A DNA stretch of 64,000 nt from Diplonema japonicum (lineage: Eukaryota > Protista > Euglenozoa: Diplonemea): NCBI GenBank assembly GCA_964019335.1, contig OZ025737.1:124001-188000 (forward strand), in the 5' to 3' direction. Positions 55,100 through 64,000 of this stretch are shown piece after piece. Below the pieces are notes generated by a model. The model did no database searches. It saw only the letters and a list, made by a program, of their open reading frames with translations, and was not told the DNA's origin. Every line of letters begins with the position of its first letter. The stretch's first letter is position 1. A program made the translations under genes and the position numbers.

Positions 55100-55503
55100 A
55101 TGCAACGAGTACTTAGACAATATGGCATTAAACACGCGGTAGCAAGGAAATGGCAGGTATGGTGCAGACATGGGAGGGGGTAACAAAAAAAAAGAAATAA
55201 AATAAAAAAGACTTCCGACACAAAAGATGAATGGCTGAAAGAGGACTGGAGCACAGAAGAGCAGTCAAACTATGAAAAACAGAGGACTTTGCTCAAGAAA
55301 CATGCTGACGCCATAAACGACAAATATGAGGAAGAGCACCAGCAGACGAGAGAATACATGGAGGTATGATAGATGAATTTAAAAAAAAAAAAACCTCCCC
55401 ACAGAGCCACCAGAATAAAAGTGCAGCTTCAATAGCCGCTTTAGAAGCTAAAATAGCAGAGCTAACTTCGATGATCCAACAAATGAAAGCTGAAAACAAA
55501 TAG
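55100..55503 (+). CDS. IF1: Mitochondrial F1-ATPase inhibitor IF1-like (102 aa); exons 55100-55156, 55211-55363, 55405-55503
   Basis: Spliced product MQRVLRQYGIKHAVARKWQ-TSDTKDEWLKEDWSTEEQSNYEKQRTLLKKH...ME-SHQNKSAASIAALEAKIAELTSMIQQMKAENK*: presequence, W...SxEE...ExQR..LK inhibitory-segment pattern and C-terminal coiled coil. Both introns are GTATG...AG, phase 0. Confidence 0.65.
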
Positions 55504-55834
55504 ATTTTTTTTTTTAATGCAAAAAGGGGACCTTTCAAGTCTCTCCCCGTCGCGCACAGACAACGACCAGTTCAACTACCAGTTCCCATTATAGCAGCAC
55601 GTAGGTTTAGGAATGCTCTTTTTATTTTTTTATATTATCCCCCCCCCCCCCCCCATCTTTAAAATCAATCGTCTCTTGATGGCTCGTCGTGGGCCTTCCC
55701 ACATCTCATCCTTGATTGTCCGATCTCCCGGCTCGAGGCAGGAAAAAAAAAAGAAAAAAAAGGAGGGAATTGAAAGGGGCAAAAAAAAAAAAAAAAAAAA
55801 AAAACTCAACATTCCTTCCCCGTTCAATTGATAA

Positions 55835-58800
55835 ATGAGTGGCCACTCCATCGAGGGGAGTGGATGCCACCTATTAAGCGTACTCCTTGTACTGTGCTTG
55901 GTGCGAGAGGGTGCAGCAATTAAGTATGAGTTCGCCGCTGACCAAATGGCGCATAAGGGTGACTGTTGGTTTTGGTCCGATGGGAGAGGTAAGGCTTGGC
56001 TGAACGTGAATGGGTTCGAGCGGTACGCTGGGTGTAGGAACTGCGACTCGTGGCACTGCAACACGTGCACCACGTCAGGATGGTGGGCGACGTCTGGCGT
56101 GCGCAATGATGATGGTGCCAACCAGCTTCGTGTCTATATCGATGGATGGGAAGACGATGTGGGAAGCACCTGTAACTACGACTGCAAATGGTGGGACTGT
56201 GATGACCAGCGTAACCGAAACACCTGCTACTTCAATCTCAAGCGAGGCAACCCTGGGCAGTGGCAAAGCGATTGGTGTGGATCAAACCACAGAGTCCGTG
56301 TCCGCTGGAGGTGGTGGCCTGTCCCTTGTAAGGGACTCAGCTACGGCTGGCCCTCAATCGGGCACACCTCCAATTGCCGTGATGTTCCTCCCGGTCAGAG
56401 CTGCAAGCTGCAGTGTGCCGCAGGTTTCATCCCGCAGGTGAACACTCTCACGTGTGATAGTCGCAACACCAAACAATCCAACAGACCACAGTATGGCTCA
56501 CTTCCAAGATGTATCAGGCCTACTGATGCACCTCCTACTCCTGCTCCTGCTACACCGGCTCCGGATACGCCTGCACCGCGTACTCCGGCTCCGGCCACTC
56601 CAGCACCTGCAACACCGGCCCCGGCAACTCCGGCTCCTGCCACACCAGCTCCAGCAACTCCTGCCCCTGCTACACCAGCCCCAGCAACCCCAGCACCTGC
56701 AACTCCCGCTCCTGCCACACCAGCACCGGCAACACCTGCACCTGCTACCCCAGCGCCTGCGACACCAGCTCCTGCTACTCCGGCACCTGCCACTCCTGCT
56801 CCTGCTACCCCAGCCCCTGCCACTCCGGCTCCAGCAACACCTGCACCTGCCACACCAGCCCCGGCAACACCTGCTCCTGCCACTCCTGCACCCGCCACAC
56901 CAGCGCCTGCGACACCAGCGCCTGCTACTCCGGCACCTGCCACACCTGCTCCTGCTACCCCAGCCCCTGCCACTCCGGCTCCAGCAACACCTGCTCCGGC
57001 AACTCCTGCACCCGCCACACCAGCCCCGGCAACTCCGGCACCTGCTACCCCGGCACCTGCAACACCAGCACCGGCAACTCCTGCTCCGGCAACACCAGCA
57101 CCCGCCACACCGGCTCCTGCTACACCCGCACCGGCAACTCCTGCCCCAGCAACCCCGGCACCTGCCACACCAGCACCCGCCACGCCGGCTCCGGCAACAC
57201 CCGCACCGGCAACTCCTGCCCCAGCAACCCCGGCTCCGGCAACACCCGCACCGGCAACTCCTGCCCCAGCAACCCCGGCACCTGCCACACCAGCCCCAGC
57301 AACCCCGGCACCTGCAACTCCTGCGCCTGCCACACCAGCACCCGCCACACCGGCTCCGGCAACACCTGCTCCTGCCACTCCGGCTCCGGCAACACCTGCG
57401 CCTGCCACACCAGCACCCGCCACGCCGGCTCCGGCAACACCAGCACCGGCAACTCCTGCCCCAGCAACCCCGGCACCTGCCACACCAGCCCCAGCAACCC
57501 CGGCACCTGCAACTCCTGCTCCTGCCACTCCGGCTCCGGCAACACCTGCTCCTGCTACTCCGGCACCTGCCACCCCGGCACCGGCAACGCCTGCACCCGC
57601 CACACCAGCACCCGCAACACCTGCCCCTGCTACTCCTGCACCTGCCACCCCGGCACCGGCAACTCCTGCTCCTGCCACTCCGGCTCCAGCAACACCAGCA
57701 CCCGCCACACCGGCCCCTGCTACACCTGCTCCTGCCACACCAGCCCCGGCAACACCTGCTCCGGCAACACCAGCACCCGCCACTCCGGCCCCTGCTACAC
57801 CTGCTCCTACTACTCCGGCACCAGCAACTCCTGCACCCGCCACACCAGCACCGGCAACACCTGCTCCTGCCACTCCTGCACCGGCAACACCAGCACCCGC
57901 CACACCGGCCCCTGCTACACCTGCTCCTGCCACTCCGGCACCGGCAACTCCTGCCCCTGCTACTCCGGCACCAGCAACTCCTGCACCCGCCACACCAGCA
58001 CCGGCAACACCAGCACCCGCCACTCCGGCCCCTGCTACACCAGCCCCGGCAACACCTGCTCCGGCAACTCCTGCACCCGCCACACCAGCCCCGGCAACAC
58101 CTGCTCCGGCAACACCAGCACCCGCCACTCCGGCCCCTGCTACACCTGCTCCTGCCACTCCGGCACCGGCAACTCCTGCCCCTGCTACTCCGGCACCAGC
58201 AACGCCTGCACCCGCCACACCAGCACCGGCAACACCTGCTCCTGCCACTCCTGCACCGGCAACACCAGCACCCGCCACTCCGGCCCCTGCTACACCAGCA
58301 CCGGCAACTCCTGCTCCTGCTACTCCGGCTCCGGCAACTCCTGCACCCGCCACACCAGCCCCGGCAACACCTGCTCCAGCAACACCAGCACCCGCCACTC
58401 CGGCCCCTGCTACACCTGCTCCTGCCACTCCGGCTCCGGCAACTCCTGCACCTGCTACTCCGGCACCTGCCACCCCAGCCCCGGCAACACCGGCCCCAGC
58501 TACCCCAGCACCTGCAACTTCTGCTCCAGCAACACCTGCGCCTGCGACAACAGCACCGGCCACAACAGCACCTGCCACAACGGCACCCGCCACAACAGCA
58601 CCCGCCACAACGGCACCCGCCACAACAGCCCCTGCAACAACAGCACCCGCCACAACAGCGCCGGCCACAACAGCACCGGCCACAACAGCACCTGCAACAA
58701 CAGCGCCGGCCACAACAGCACCCGCCACAACGGCACCTGCCACAACAGCCCCTGCAACAACAGCCCCTGCAACAACAGCCCCTGCAACAACAGCACCCGT

Positions 58801-61800
58801 CACAACGGCACCGGCCACAACAGCACCTGCCACAACGGCACCCGCCACAACAGCCCCTGCAACAACAGCACCCGCCACAACAGTACCTGCCACAACGGCA
58901 CCCGCCACAACAGCACCCGCCACAACAGCGCCGGCCACAACAGCACCCGCCACAACAGCACCTGCAACAACAGCGCCGGCCACAACAGCACCCGCCACAA
59001 CGGCACCTGCCACAACAGCCCCTGCAACAACAGCACCCGCCACAACAGCACCTGCCACAACGGCACCCGCCACAACAGCACCCGCCACAACGGCACCTGC
59101 CACAACAGCACCTGCAACAACAGCGCCGGCCACAACAGCACCCGCCACAACGGCACCTGCCACAACAGCCCCTGCAACAACAGCACCCGCCACAACGGCA
59201 CCGGCCACAACAGCACCTGCCACAACGGCACCCGCCACAACAGCGCCTGCAACAACAGCACCCGCCACAACAGCGCCGGCCACAACAGCACCCGCCACAA
59301 CAGCACCGGCCACAACAGCACCTGCCACAACGGCACCCGCCACAACAGCACCTGCAACAACGGCACCTGCCACGACAGCGCCTGCAACAACAGCACCCGC
59401 CACAACAGCACCCGCCACAACGGCACCTGCCACAACAGGCCCTGCAACAACAGCACCCGCCACAACAGCACCCGCCACAACGGCACCCGCCACAACAGCA
59501 CCCGCCACAACGGCACCGGCCACAACAGCACCTGCCACAACGGCACCCGCCACAACAGCACCTGCAACAACGGCACCTGCCACAACGGCACCTGCCACAA
59601 CAGGCCCTGCAACAACAGCACCCGCCACAACAGCACCGGCCACAACGGCACCCGCCACAACAGCGCCGGCCACAACAGCACCCGCCACAACGGCACCCAC
59701 CACAACAGCGCCGGCCACAACGGCACCTGCCACAACAACGGCACCTGCCACAACAGCGCCTGCAACAACAGCACCCGCCACAACGGCACCGGCCACAACA
59801 GCGCCGGCCACAACGGCACCTGTAACTACGGCACCTGATACAACAGCACCTGCGACAACAGCACCTGTTACAACAGCGCCTATTACAACAGCGCCTGTAA
59901 CTACGGCACCTGATACAACGGCACCTATTACAACAGCACCTGATACAACAGCTCCTGTAACTACGGCACCAGCGCCTATTACAACGGCACCTGATACAAC
60001 TGCACCTATTACAACAGCGCCTGCGACAACAGCGCCTGCCACAACGGCACCAGCCACAACAGCACCTATTACAACGGCACCTGCCACAACGGCACCCGCT
60101 ACAACGGCACCTGCCACAACAGCACCAGCCACAACGGCACCTGTCACAACAGCCCCTGTAACTACGGCACCAGATACAACAGCACCTGCAACAACAGCAC
60201 CCGCCACAACAGCACCGGCCACAACAGCGCCTGTAACTACAGCGCCTATTACAACGGCACCTGCAACAACAGCTCCTGTAACTACAGCACCTGATACAAC
60301 TGCACCTGCAACAAGTGTACCCACAGCTACCCCAACAACAGCTCCCGACACAAGTGCACCACCCACCTTTACACCTTCCACCACTACCGACGCTCCTCCT
60401 ACTGCAGTACCAACAGCAAACCCAACAGCTGCTCCAGACACTGTTGCTCCCGCAACTGATGCGCCCACAGGAACGCCAACTGCAACTCCGACGACGGCTC
60501 CAAGCACAGGAGCACCGCCCACTGCATCCCCCACGACTGCTGTCCCAACAACGGCTCCTGATACAGGAGCACCGGCAACAGCTACTCCCACAACTGCGCC
60601 AAGCACAGGAGCACCGTCCACTTTCTCACCGTCCACACTGCCCCCAACAACTGATACACCCACTGCTGTTCCCACTGCCGTACCAACTACTGCCCCTGAT
60701 ACAGGAGCACCGGCAACGGCTACCCCAACAGCAATTCCAACAACTGCACCAAGCACAGGAGCACCGCCTACGTTCACACCATCAACACTGCCACCCACAA
60801 CAGTTTCTCCACCCACAGCCGCCCCTACTAGTGCACCGACCACTGACGCGCCTGCTACAGCCACCCCAACAACTGTTCCAAGTACAGGAGCACCGTCCAC
60901 ACTGTCCCCAACAACTGATACACCCACTGCTGTTCCCACTGCTGCCCCAACAACTTCTCCTGATACAGGAGCACCGGCAACGGCTACCCCAGCAGCAACT
61001 CCAACAACTGCACCAAGCACAGGAGCACCGTCCACTTTCTCACCGTCCACACTGCCCCCAACAACTGATACACCCACTGCTGTTCCCACTGCCGTACCAA
61101 CTACTGCCCCTGATACAGGAGCACCGGCAACGGCTATCCCAACAGCAATTCCAACAACTGCACCAAGCACAGGAGCACCACCCACTTTCACACCATCAAC
61201 ACTGCCACCCACAACAGTTGCTCCGGCGACGGCTAGCCCCACAACAGCACCAAGCACAGGAACTGATTCACCCACTGCTGTACCAACAACATCTCCTGAT
61301 ACAGGAGTACCGGCAACAGCTACTCCTACAGCTACCCCAACTACTGCACCAAGCACAGGTGCACCACCCACTTTCACACCATCGACACTGCCACCCACAA
61401 CACTTGCTCCGGCGACGGCTAGCCCCACAACAGCACCAAACACAGGAGCACCGTCCACACTGCCCCCAACAACTGATACACCCACTGCTGTTCCCACTGC
61501 TGTCCCAACAACATCTCCTGATACAGGAGTACCGGCAACAGCTACCCCAACAGCAACTCCAACAACTGCACCAAGCACAGGAGCACCGCCTACGTTCACA
61601 CCATCGACACTGCCACCCACAACAGTTGCTCCGGCGACAGCTACCCCCACAACAGCACCTGTCACAGGAGCACCGTCCACCTTCTCACCGTCCACACTGC
61701 CCCCCACAACTGATACACCCACTGCTGTTCCCACTGCTGTCCCAACTACTGCCCCTGATACAGGAGTACCCGCAGCAGGTACCCCCACAGCAACTCCAAC

Positions 61801-64000
61801 AACCGCACCAAGCACAGGAGCACCACCCACTTTCACACCATCGACACTGCCACCCACAACAGTTTCTCCACCCACAGCCACCCCCACAACAGCACCCAGC
61901 ACTATTGCACCAACCTTCCCCCCTACTACAACATCCCCCGTAACCACTTCTCCAACCACAGTACCTACGTTCCCAGCAACTTTCTCCCCCTCCACTCTCC
62001 CGCCAGTATCTGTAACACCTACCACCAATGTGCCTTCCACAAGTGCACCTGTTACCATGGCTCCGTTTGTGATCCCCACCTTCACACCCCCCGTTGTGCC
62101 TACCTTCTCACCTCCTGCGACACCTACCTTCGCACCTCCTGCGACACCTACCTTTTCACCTCCTGCGACACCTACCTTCTCACCCCCTGCGACACCTACC
62201 TTTTCACCTCCTGCGACACCTACCTTCTCACCCCCTGCGACACCTACTTTCTCTCCTCCTGCGACACCTACCTTCTCTCCTCCAATACCCACCTTGGCAC
62301 CTGGGCTCACCTTCACACCCGGGCTCACCACAACACCCGCTGTGCCGCCAACATTTTCACCGACTATTGCACGTACTTTGTCGCCCGGTGCTCTTACCTT
62401 CATGCCCGCCACAGTCTCACCACCCACTGCAGTTACTGTGGCTCCTGGCACGAAGATGACTTTTGAACCTTCTACACTATCACCATCTATCACTGCCACA
62501 GTGGCTCCGGGCACCCAGGTTACGGCAGTGCCCACGCTGGCGCCCACACCAGGCACTTTATCACCAGGTGGCGGTGGCGGTGTGTTCACTGATGAGCCAA
62601 CACCAGCACCCCTTAAGAGTGCTGCTAAGGAAGATGATGATGAGTACGACTGGTGGTGGCTTCTCCTGTTGCTCTTACTGCTGCTGCTCCTCTGTTGCTG
62701 CCTGGCCTTGCTGGTGTACCTGAAGAAGAGGAAGAAAAAGGATTCCAAGCACACCTTCCACGACGGCGAGATTGAAAAGCTCGACGCGCCCATCAAGTAC
62801 AGCGCACACCGCTCCGCGTACACCGAGATCAGCCCGGAGGACTACCGCGATGCCGATGCAGCTTTTGACTCGATCAACAGCAAGCCGTATGTGCCGCCTG
62901 TCGCCGCTCTTCCGACGCTCCCTGAAGGTGACGTCCCGAGTGATGACGCAGCACAGAAGGCATTCGACTCCTTGGATGCCCCGTGGGTCCCTGACATGGA
63001 CAGCCCGAACCAGGCACTCGACCAACCTTCGGAGAAGAGCTTCGATGGTAACAGCTCGCAGAGGAGCATGCCGCCGTCGGCTTCACAAGCATCGCCATCA
63101 CTGTCGTCCGAGTCTTCACCGCATGCAATGCCCAGCAGGAGGAGAATCAGGTCGGAGCTTCCGCCGTATGTACCGCCAAGCTTCACGACACCGGGCTCCG
63201 CGGCGGTTTTGAAAACACGTGCTGGGGTCAGCGGTGCACTGTGGATCCCTGATGCGGATGATCCGAACAAGGCGCTTGACGCAAGCTTGTCAGCCACAAC
63301 ACCGAATAGCTCGATGAGCTCCTTGGCGGGAAAGAAACAATTGCCGGCATATGTCACGCCTAACTTAACAACACCTGGCTCCGCGGCAACATTGAAGGCG
63401 AGGCTGGAGAAGTCTGGTGTGTGGACGCCAGAGGCAGACGACCCTAACAGAGCGTTGGACAGTTCAGTCAGCGCGCTCAGCAGCAACCTGAGCTCAACAT
63501 CGGGTAAGAGAAGATCAATGGGATTGAGACTCGACCCTCTAACATCGAGTAAAGCAAAGTACGGCACACCTTGGTCGCCCGACAGCCCCGCTGTGATGAC
63601 ACCGTTGTCATCAAGGGGCCCGGCAAGGAAGAGGTGGAAACCAGGTGATAGCGAACCAGGACTTTTCGAACCTGGAAAAATAGAAGATAGTAGTTTCTCA
63701 AGCCCATCGAGAGCGGATGCATCTGTGATGGATATAGTGGATGAGGTGCTTGGGGACGGGATGCTTTCACCACCTGTTTTGCACAGCAGTGGTTCACCTT
63801 CTTTAACGTCAACCGCAACCAGTGGTAGCAAGAATTTGGGGGATTACGTACCCCCAGCTATTGCTACCCCAGGTTCTGCATTGACTCTAAGTTCTAGGCG
63901 CAGACGTGGCGGGGTTGGGTTCCCGCGCGGTGGTTCTGGGAACACGGAAACGCAAAGTTTCAGCAGCCCTTCTTCGCAAAACGCTAACAAGTCCTTCAGA
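55835..64000 (+). CDS. Giant type-I mucin-like surface protein (over 2700 aa; 3' end outside window)
   Basis: ATG at 55835, signal peptide (LLSVLLVLCLVREGAA), Trp/Cys-rich head, sushi-like domain, about 2000 aa T/P/A stalk, TM WWWLLLLLLLLLLLCCCLALLVYL-KKRKKK at 62651-62740 in the same frame, repetitive cytoplasmic tail. Absent from the ORF track because there is no stop in the window. Confidence 0.88.
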   Translation, partial: MSGHSIEGSGCHLLSVLLVLCLVREGAAIKYEFAADQMAHKGDCWFWSDGRGKAWLNVNGFERYAGCRNCDSWHCNTCTTSGWWATSGVRNDDGANQLRVYIDGWEDDVGSTCNYDCKWWDCDDQRNRNTCYFNLKRGNPGQWQSDWCGSNHRVRVRWRWWPVPCKGLSYGWPSIGHTSNCRDVPPGQSCKLQCAAGFIPQVNTLTCDSRNTKQSNRPQYGSLPRCIRPTDAPPTPAPATPAPDTPAPRTPAPATPAPATPAPATPAPATPAPATPAPATPAPATPAPATPAPATPAPATPAPATPAPATPAPATPAPATPAPATPAPATPAPATPAPATPAPATPAPATPAPATPAPATPAPATPAPATPAPATPAPATPAPATPAPATPAPATPAPATPAPATPAPATPAPATPAPATPAPATPAPATPAPATPAPATPAPATPAPATPAPATPAPATPAPATPAPATPAPATPAPATPAPATPAPATPAPATPAPATPAPATPAPATPAPATPAPATPAPATPAPATPAPATPAPATPAPATPAPATPAPATPAPATPAPATPAPATPAPATPAPATPAPATPAPATPAPATPAPATPAPATPAPATPAPATPAPATPAPATPAPATPAPATPAPATPAPATPAPATPAPATPAPTTPAPATPAPATPAPATPAPATPAPATPAPATPAPATPAPATPAPATPAPATPAPATPAPATPAPATPAPATPAPATPAPATPAPATPAPATPAPATPAPATPAPATPAPATPAPATPAPATPAPATPAPATPAPATPAPATPAPATPAPATPAPATPAPATPAPATPAPATPAPATPAPATPAPATPAPATPAPATPAPATPAPATPAPATPAPATPAPATPAPATPAPATPAPATSAPATPAPATTAPATTAPATTAPATTAPATTAPATTAPATTAPATTAPATTAPATTAPATTAPATTAPATTAPATTAPATTAPATTAPATTAPVTTAPATTAPATTAPATTAPATTAPATTVPATTAPATTAPATTAPATTAPATTAPATTAPATTAPATTAPATTAPATTAPATTAPATTAPATTAPATTAPATTAPATTAPATTAPATTAPATTAPATTAPATTAPATTAPATTAPATTAPATTAPATTAPATTAPATTAPATTAPATTAPATTAPATTAPATTAPATTAPATTAPATTAPATTGPATTAPATTAPATTAPATTAPATTAPATTAPATTAPATTAPATTAPATTAPATTGPATTAPATTAPATTAPATTAPATTAPATTAPTTTAPATTAPATTTAPATTAPATTAPATTAPATTAPATTAPVTTAPDTTAPATTAPVTTAPITTAPVTTAPDTTAPITTAPDTTAPVTTAPAPITTAPDTTAPITTAPATTAPATTAPATTAPITTAPATTAPATTAPATTAPATTAPVTTAPVTTAPDTTAPATTAPATTAPATTAPVTTAPITTAPATTAPVTTAPDTTAPATSVPTATPTTAPDTSAPPTFTPSTTTDAPPTAVPTANPTAAPDTVAPATDAPTGTPTATPTTAPSTGAPPTASPTTAVPTTAPDTGAPATATPTTAPSTGAPSTFSPSTLPPTTDTPTAVPTAVPTTAPDTGAPATATPTAIPTTAPSTGAPPTFTPSTLPPTTVSPPTAAPTSAPTTDAPATATPTTVPSTGAPSTLSPTTDTPTAVPTAAPTTSPDTGAPATATPAATPTTAPSTGAPSTFSPSTLPPTTDTPTAVPTAVPTTAPDTGAPATAIPTAIPTTAPSTGAPPTFTPSTLPPTTVAPATASPTTAPSTGTDSPTAVPTTSPDTGVPATATPTATPTTAPSTGAPPTFTPSTLPPTTLAPATASPTTAPNTGAPSTLPPTTDTPTAVPTAVPTTSPDTGVPATATPTATPTTAPSTGAPPTFTPSTLPPTTVAPATATPTTAPVTGAPSTFSPSTLPPTTDTPTAVPTAVPTTAPDTGVPAAGTPTATPTTAPSTGAPPTFTPSTLPPTTVSPPTATPTTAPSTIAPTFPPTTTSPVTTSPTTVPTFPATFSPSTLPPVSVTPTTNVPSTSAPVTMAPFVIPTFTPPVVPTFSPPATPTFAPPATPTFSPPATPTFSPPATPTFSPPATPTFSPPATPTFSPPATPTFSPPIPTLAPGLTFTPGLTTTPAVPPTFSPTIARTLSPGALTFMPATVSPPTAVTVAPGTKMTFEPSTLSPSITATVAPGTQVTAVPTLAPTPGTLSPGGGGGVFTDEPTPAPLKSAAKEDDDEYDWWWLLLLLLLLLLLCCCLALLVYLKKRKKKDSKHTFHDGEIEKLDAPIKYSAHRSAYTEISPEDYRDADAAFDSINSKPYVPPVAALPTLPEGDVPSDDAAQKAFDSLDAPWVPDMDSPNQALDQPSEKSFDGNSSQRSMPPSASQASPSLSSESSPHAMPSRRRIRSELPPYVPPSFTTPGSAAVLKTRAGVSGALWIPDADDPNKALDASLSATTPNSSMSSLAGKKQLPAYVTPNLTTPGSAATLKARLEKSGVWTPEADDPNRALDSSVSALSSNLSSTSGKRRSMGLRLDPLTSSKAKYGTPWSPDSPAVMTPLSSRGPARKRWKPGDSEPGLFEPGKIEDSSFSSPSRADASVMDIVDEVLGDGMLSPPVLHSSGSPSLTSTATSGSKNLGDYVPPAIATPGSALTLSSRRRRGGVGFPRGGSGNTETQSFSSPSSQNANKSFR
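56535..62290 (+). repeat. Coding minisatellites: 15-bp (TPAPA)n to about 58540, 15-bp (TTAPA)n to about 60310, higher-order T/P/G repeats about 60470-61900, 24-bp (PTFSPPAT)n about 62098-62285
   Basis: Directly visible; variation is mostly at third codon positions of the + frame. Confidence 0.95.

Noticed and set aside
3537-55831. Numerous poly-K/poly-F/poly-P short ORFs and homopolymeric N-terminal extensions
   Set aside because: Translations of homopolymer spacers, which contain few stop codons.
56395-62823. 2142-aa minus-strand VAGAG/VVAGA ORF and the + strand Q/H/L-rich ORFs (56454-59825, 60315-61943)
   Set aside because: Shadow frames of the mucin repeat; the frame from 55835 has the signal peptide, domains and TM.
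1-64000. Stop-codon reassignment or non-canonical introns
   Set aside because: Conserved genes translate in the standard code, all three stops terminate genes, and every intron needed is GT-AG.

Overview
Eukaryotic nuclear DNA, most likely a euglenozoan protist. A diplonemid is my inference, based on a trypanosomatid-type IF1 homologue recalled from memory, strictly unidirectional gene order and frequent short cis-introns. I count 23 protein-coding genes, all on the + strand, separated by homopolymer-rich spacers. Recognisable genes are KRI1, GWT1/PIG-W, CDC26/APC12, NUP85, an XRN2/Rat1-type exoribonuclease, a TRPV-like channel, lipoyl synthase, a TSNAXIP1-like protein, IF1 and a G1-type glutamic peptidase. 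There is also a multi-TM receptor-PH-AGC pseudokinase fusion and a giant type-I mucin-like protein that runs off the window. Several genes (IF1, CDC26, an RD-rich Btz-motif protein) become apparent or complete only after splicing. I reconstructed 18 GT-AG introns; 17 are 36-65 nt and most are A/C-rich without a U-rich polypyrimidine tract. Mobile DNA comprises a ~0.9 kb TIR element inside an intron, an internally deleted piggyBac with intact TIRs and TTAA target duplication, two small foldback elements, and short degenerate non-LTR RT relics (three mutually homologous) in intergenic/3'-UTR DNA. No CRISPR, rRNA or tRNA genes were found. All homology calls come from motif recognition, not from searches.
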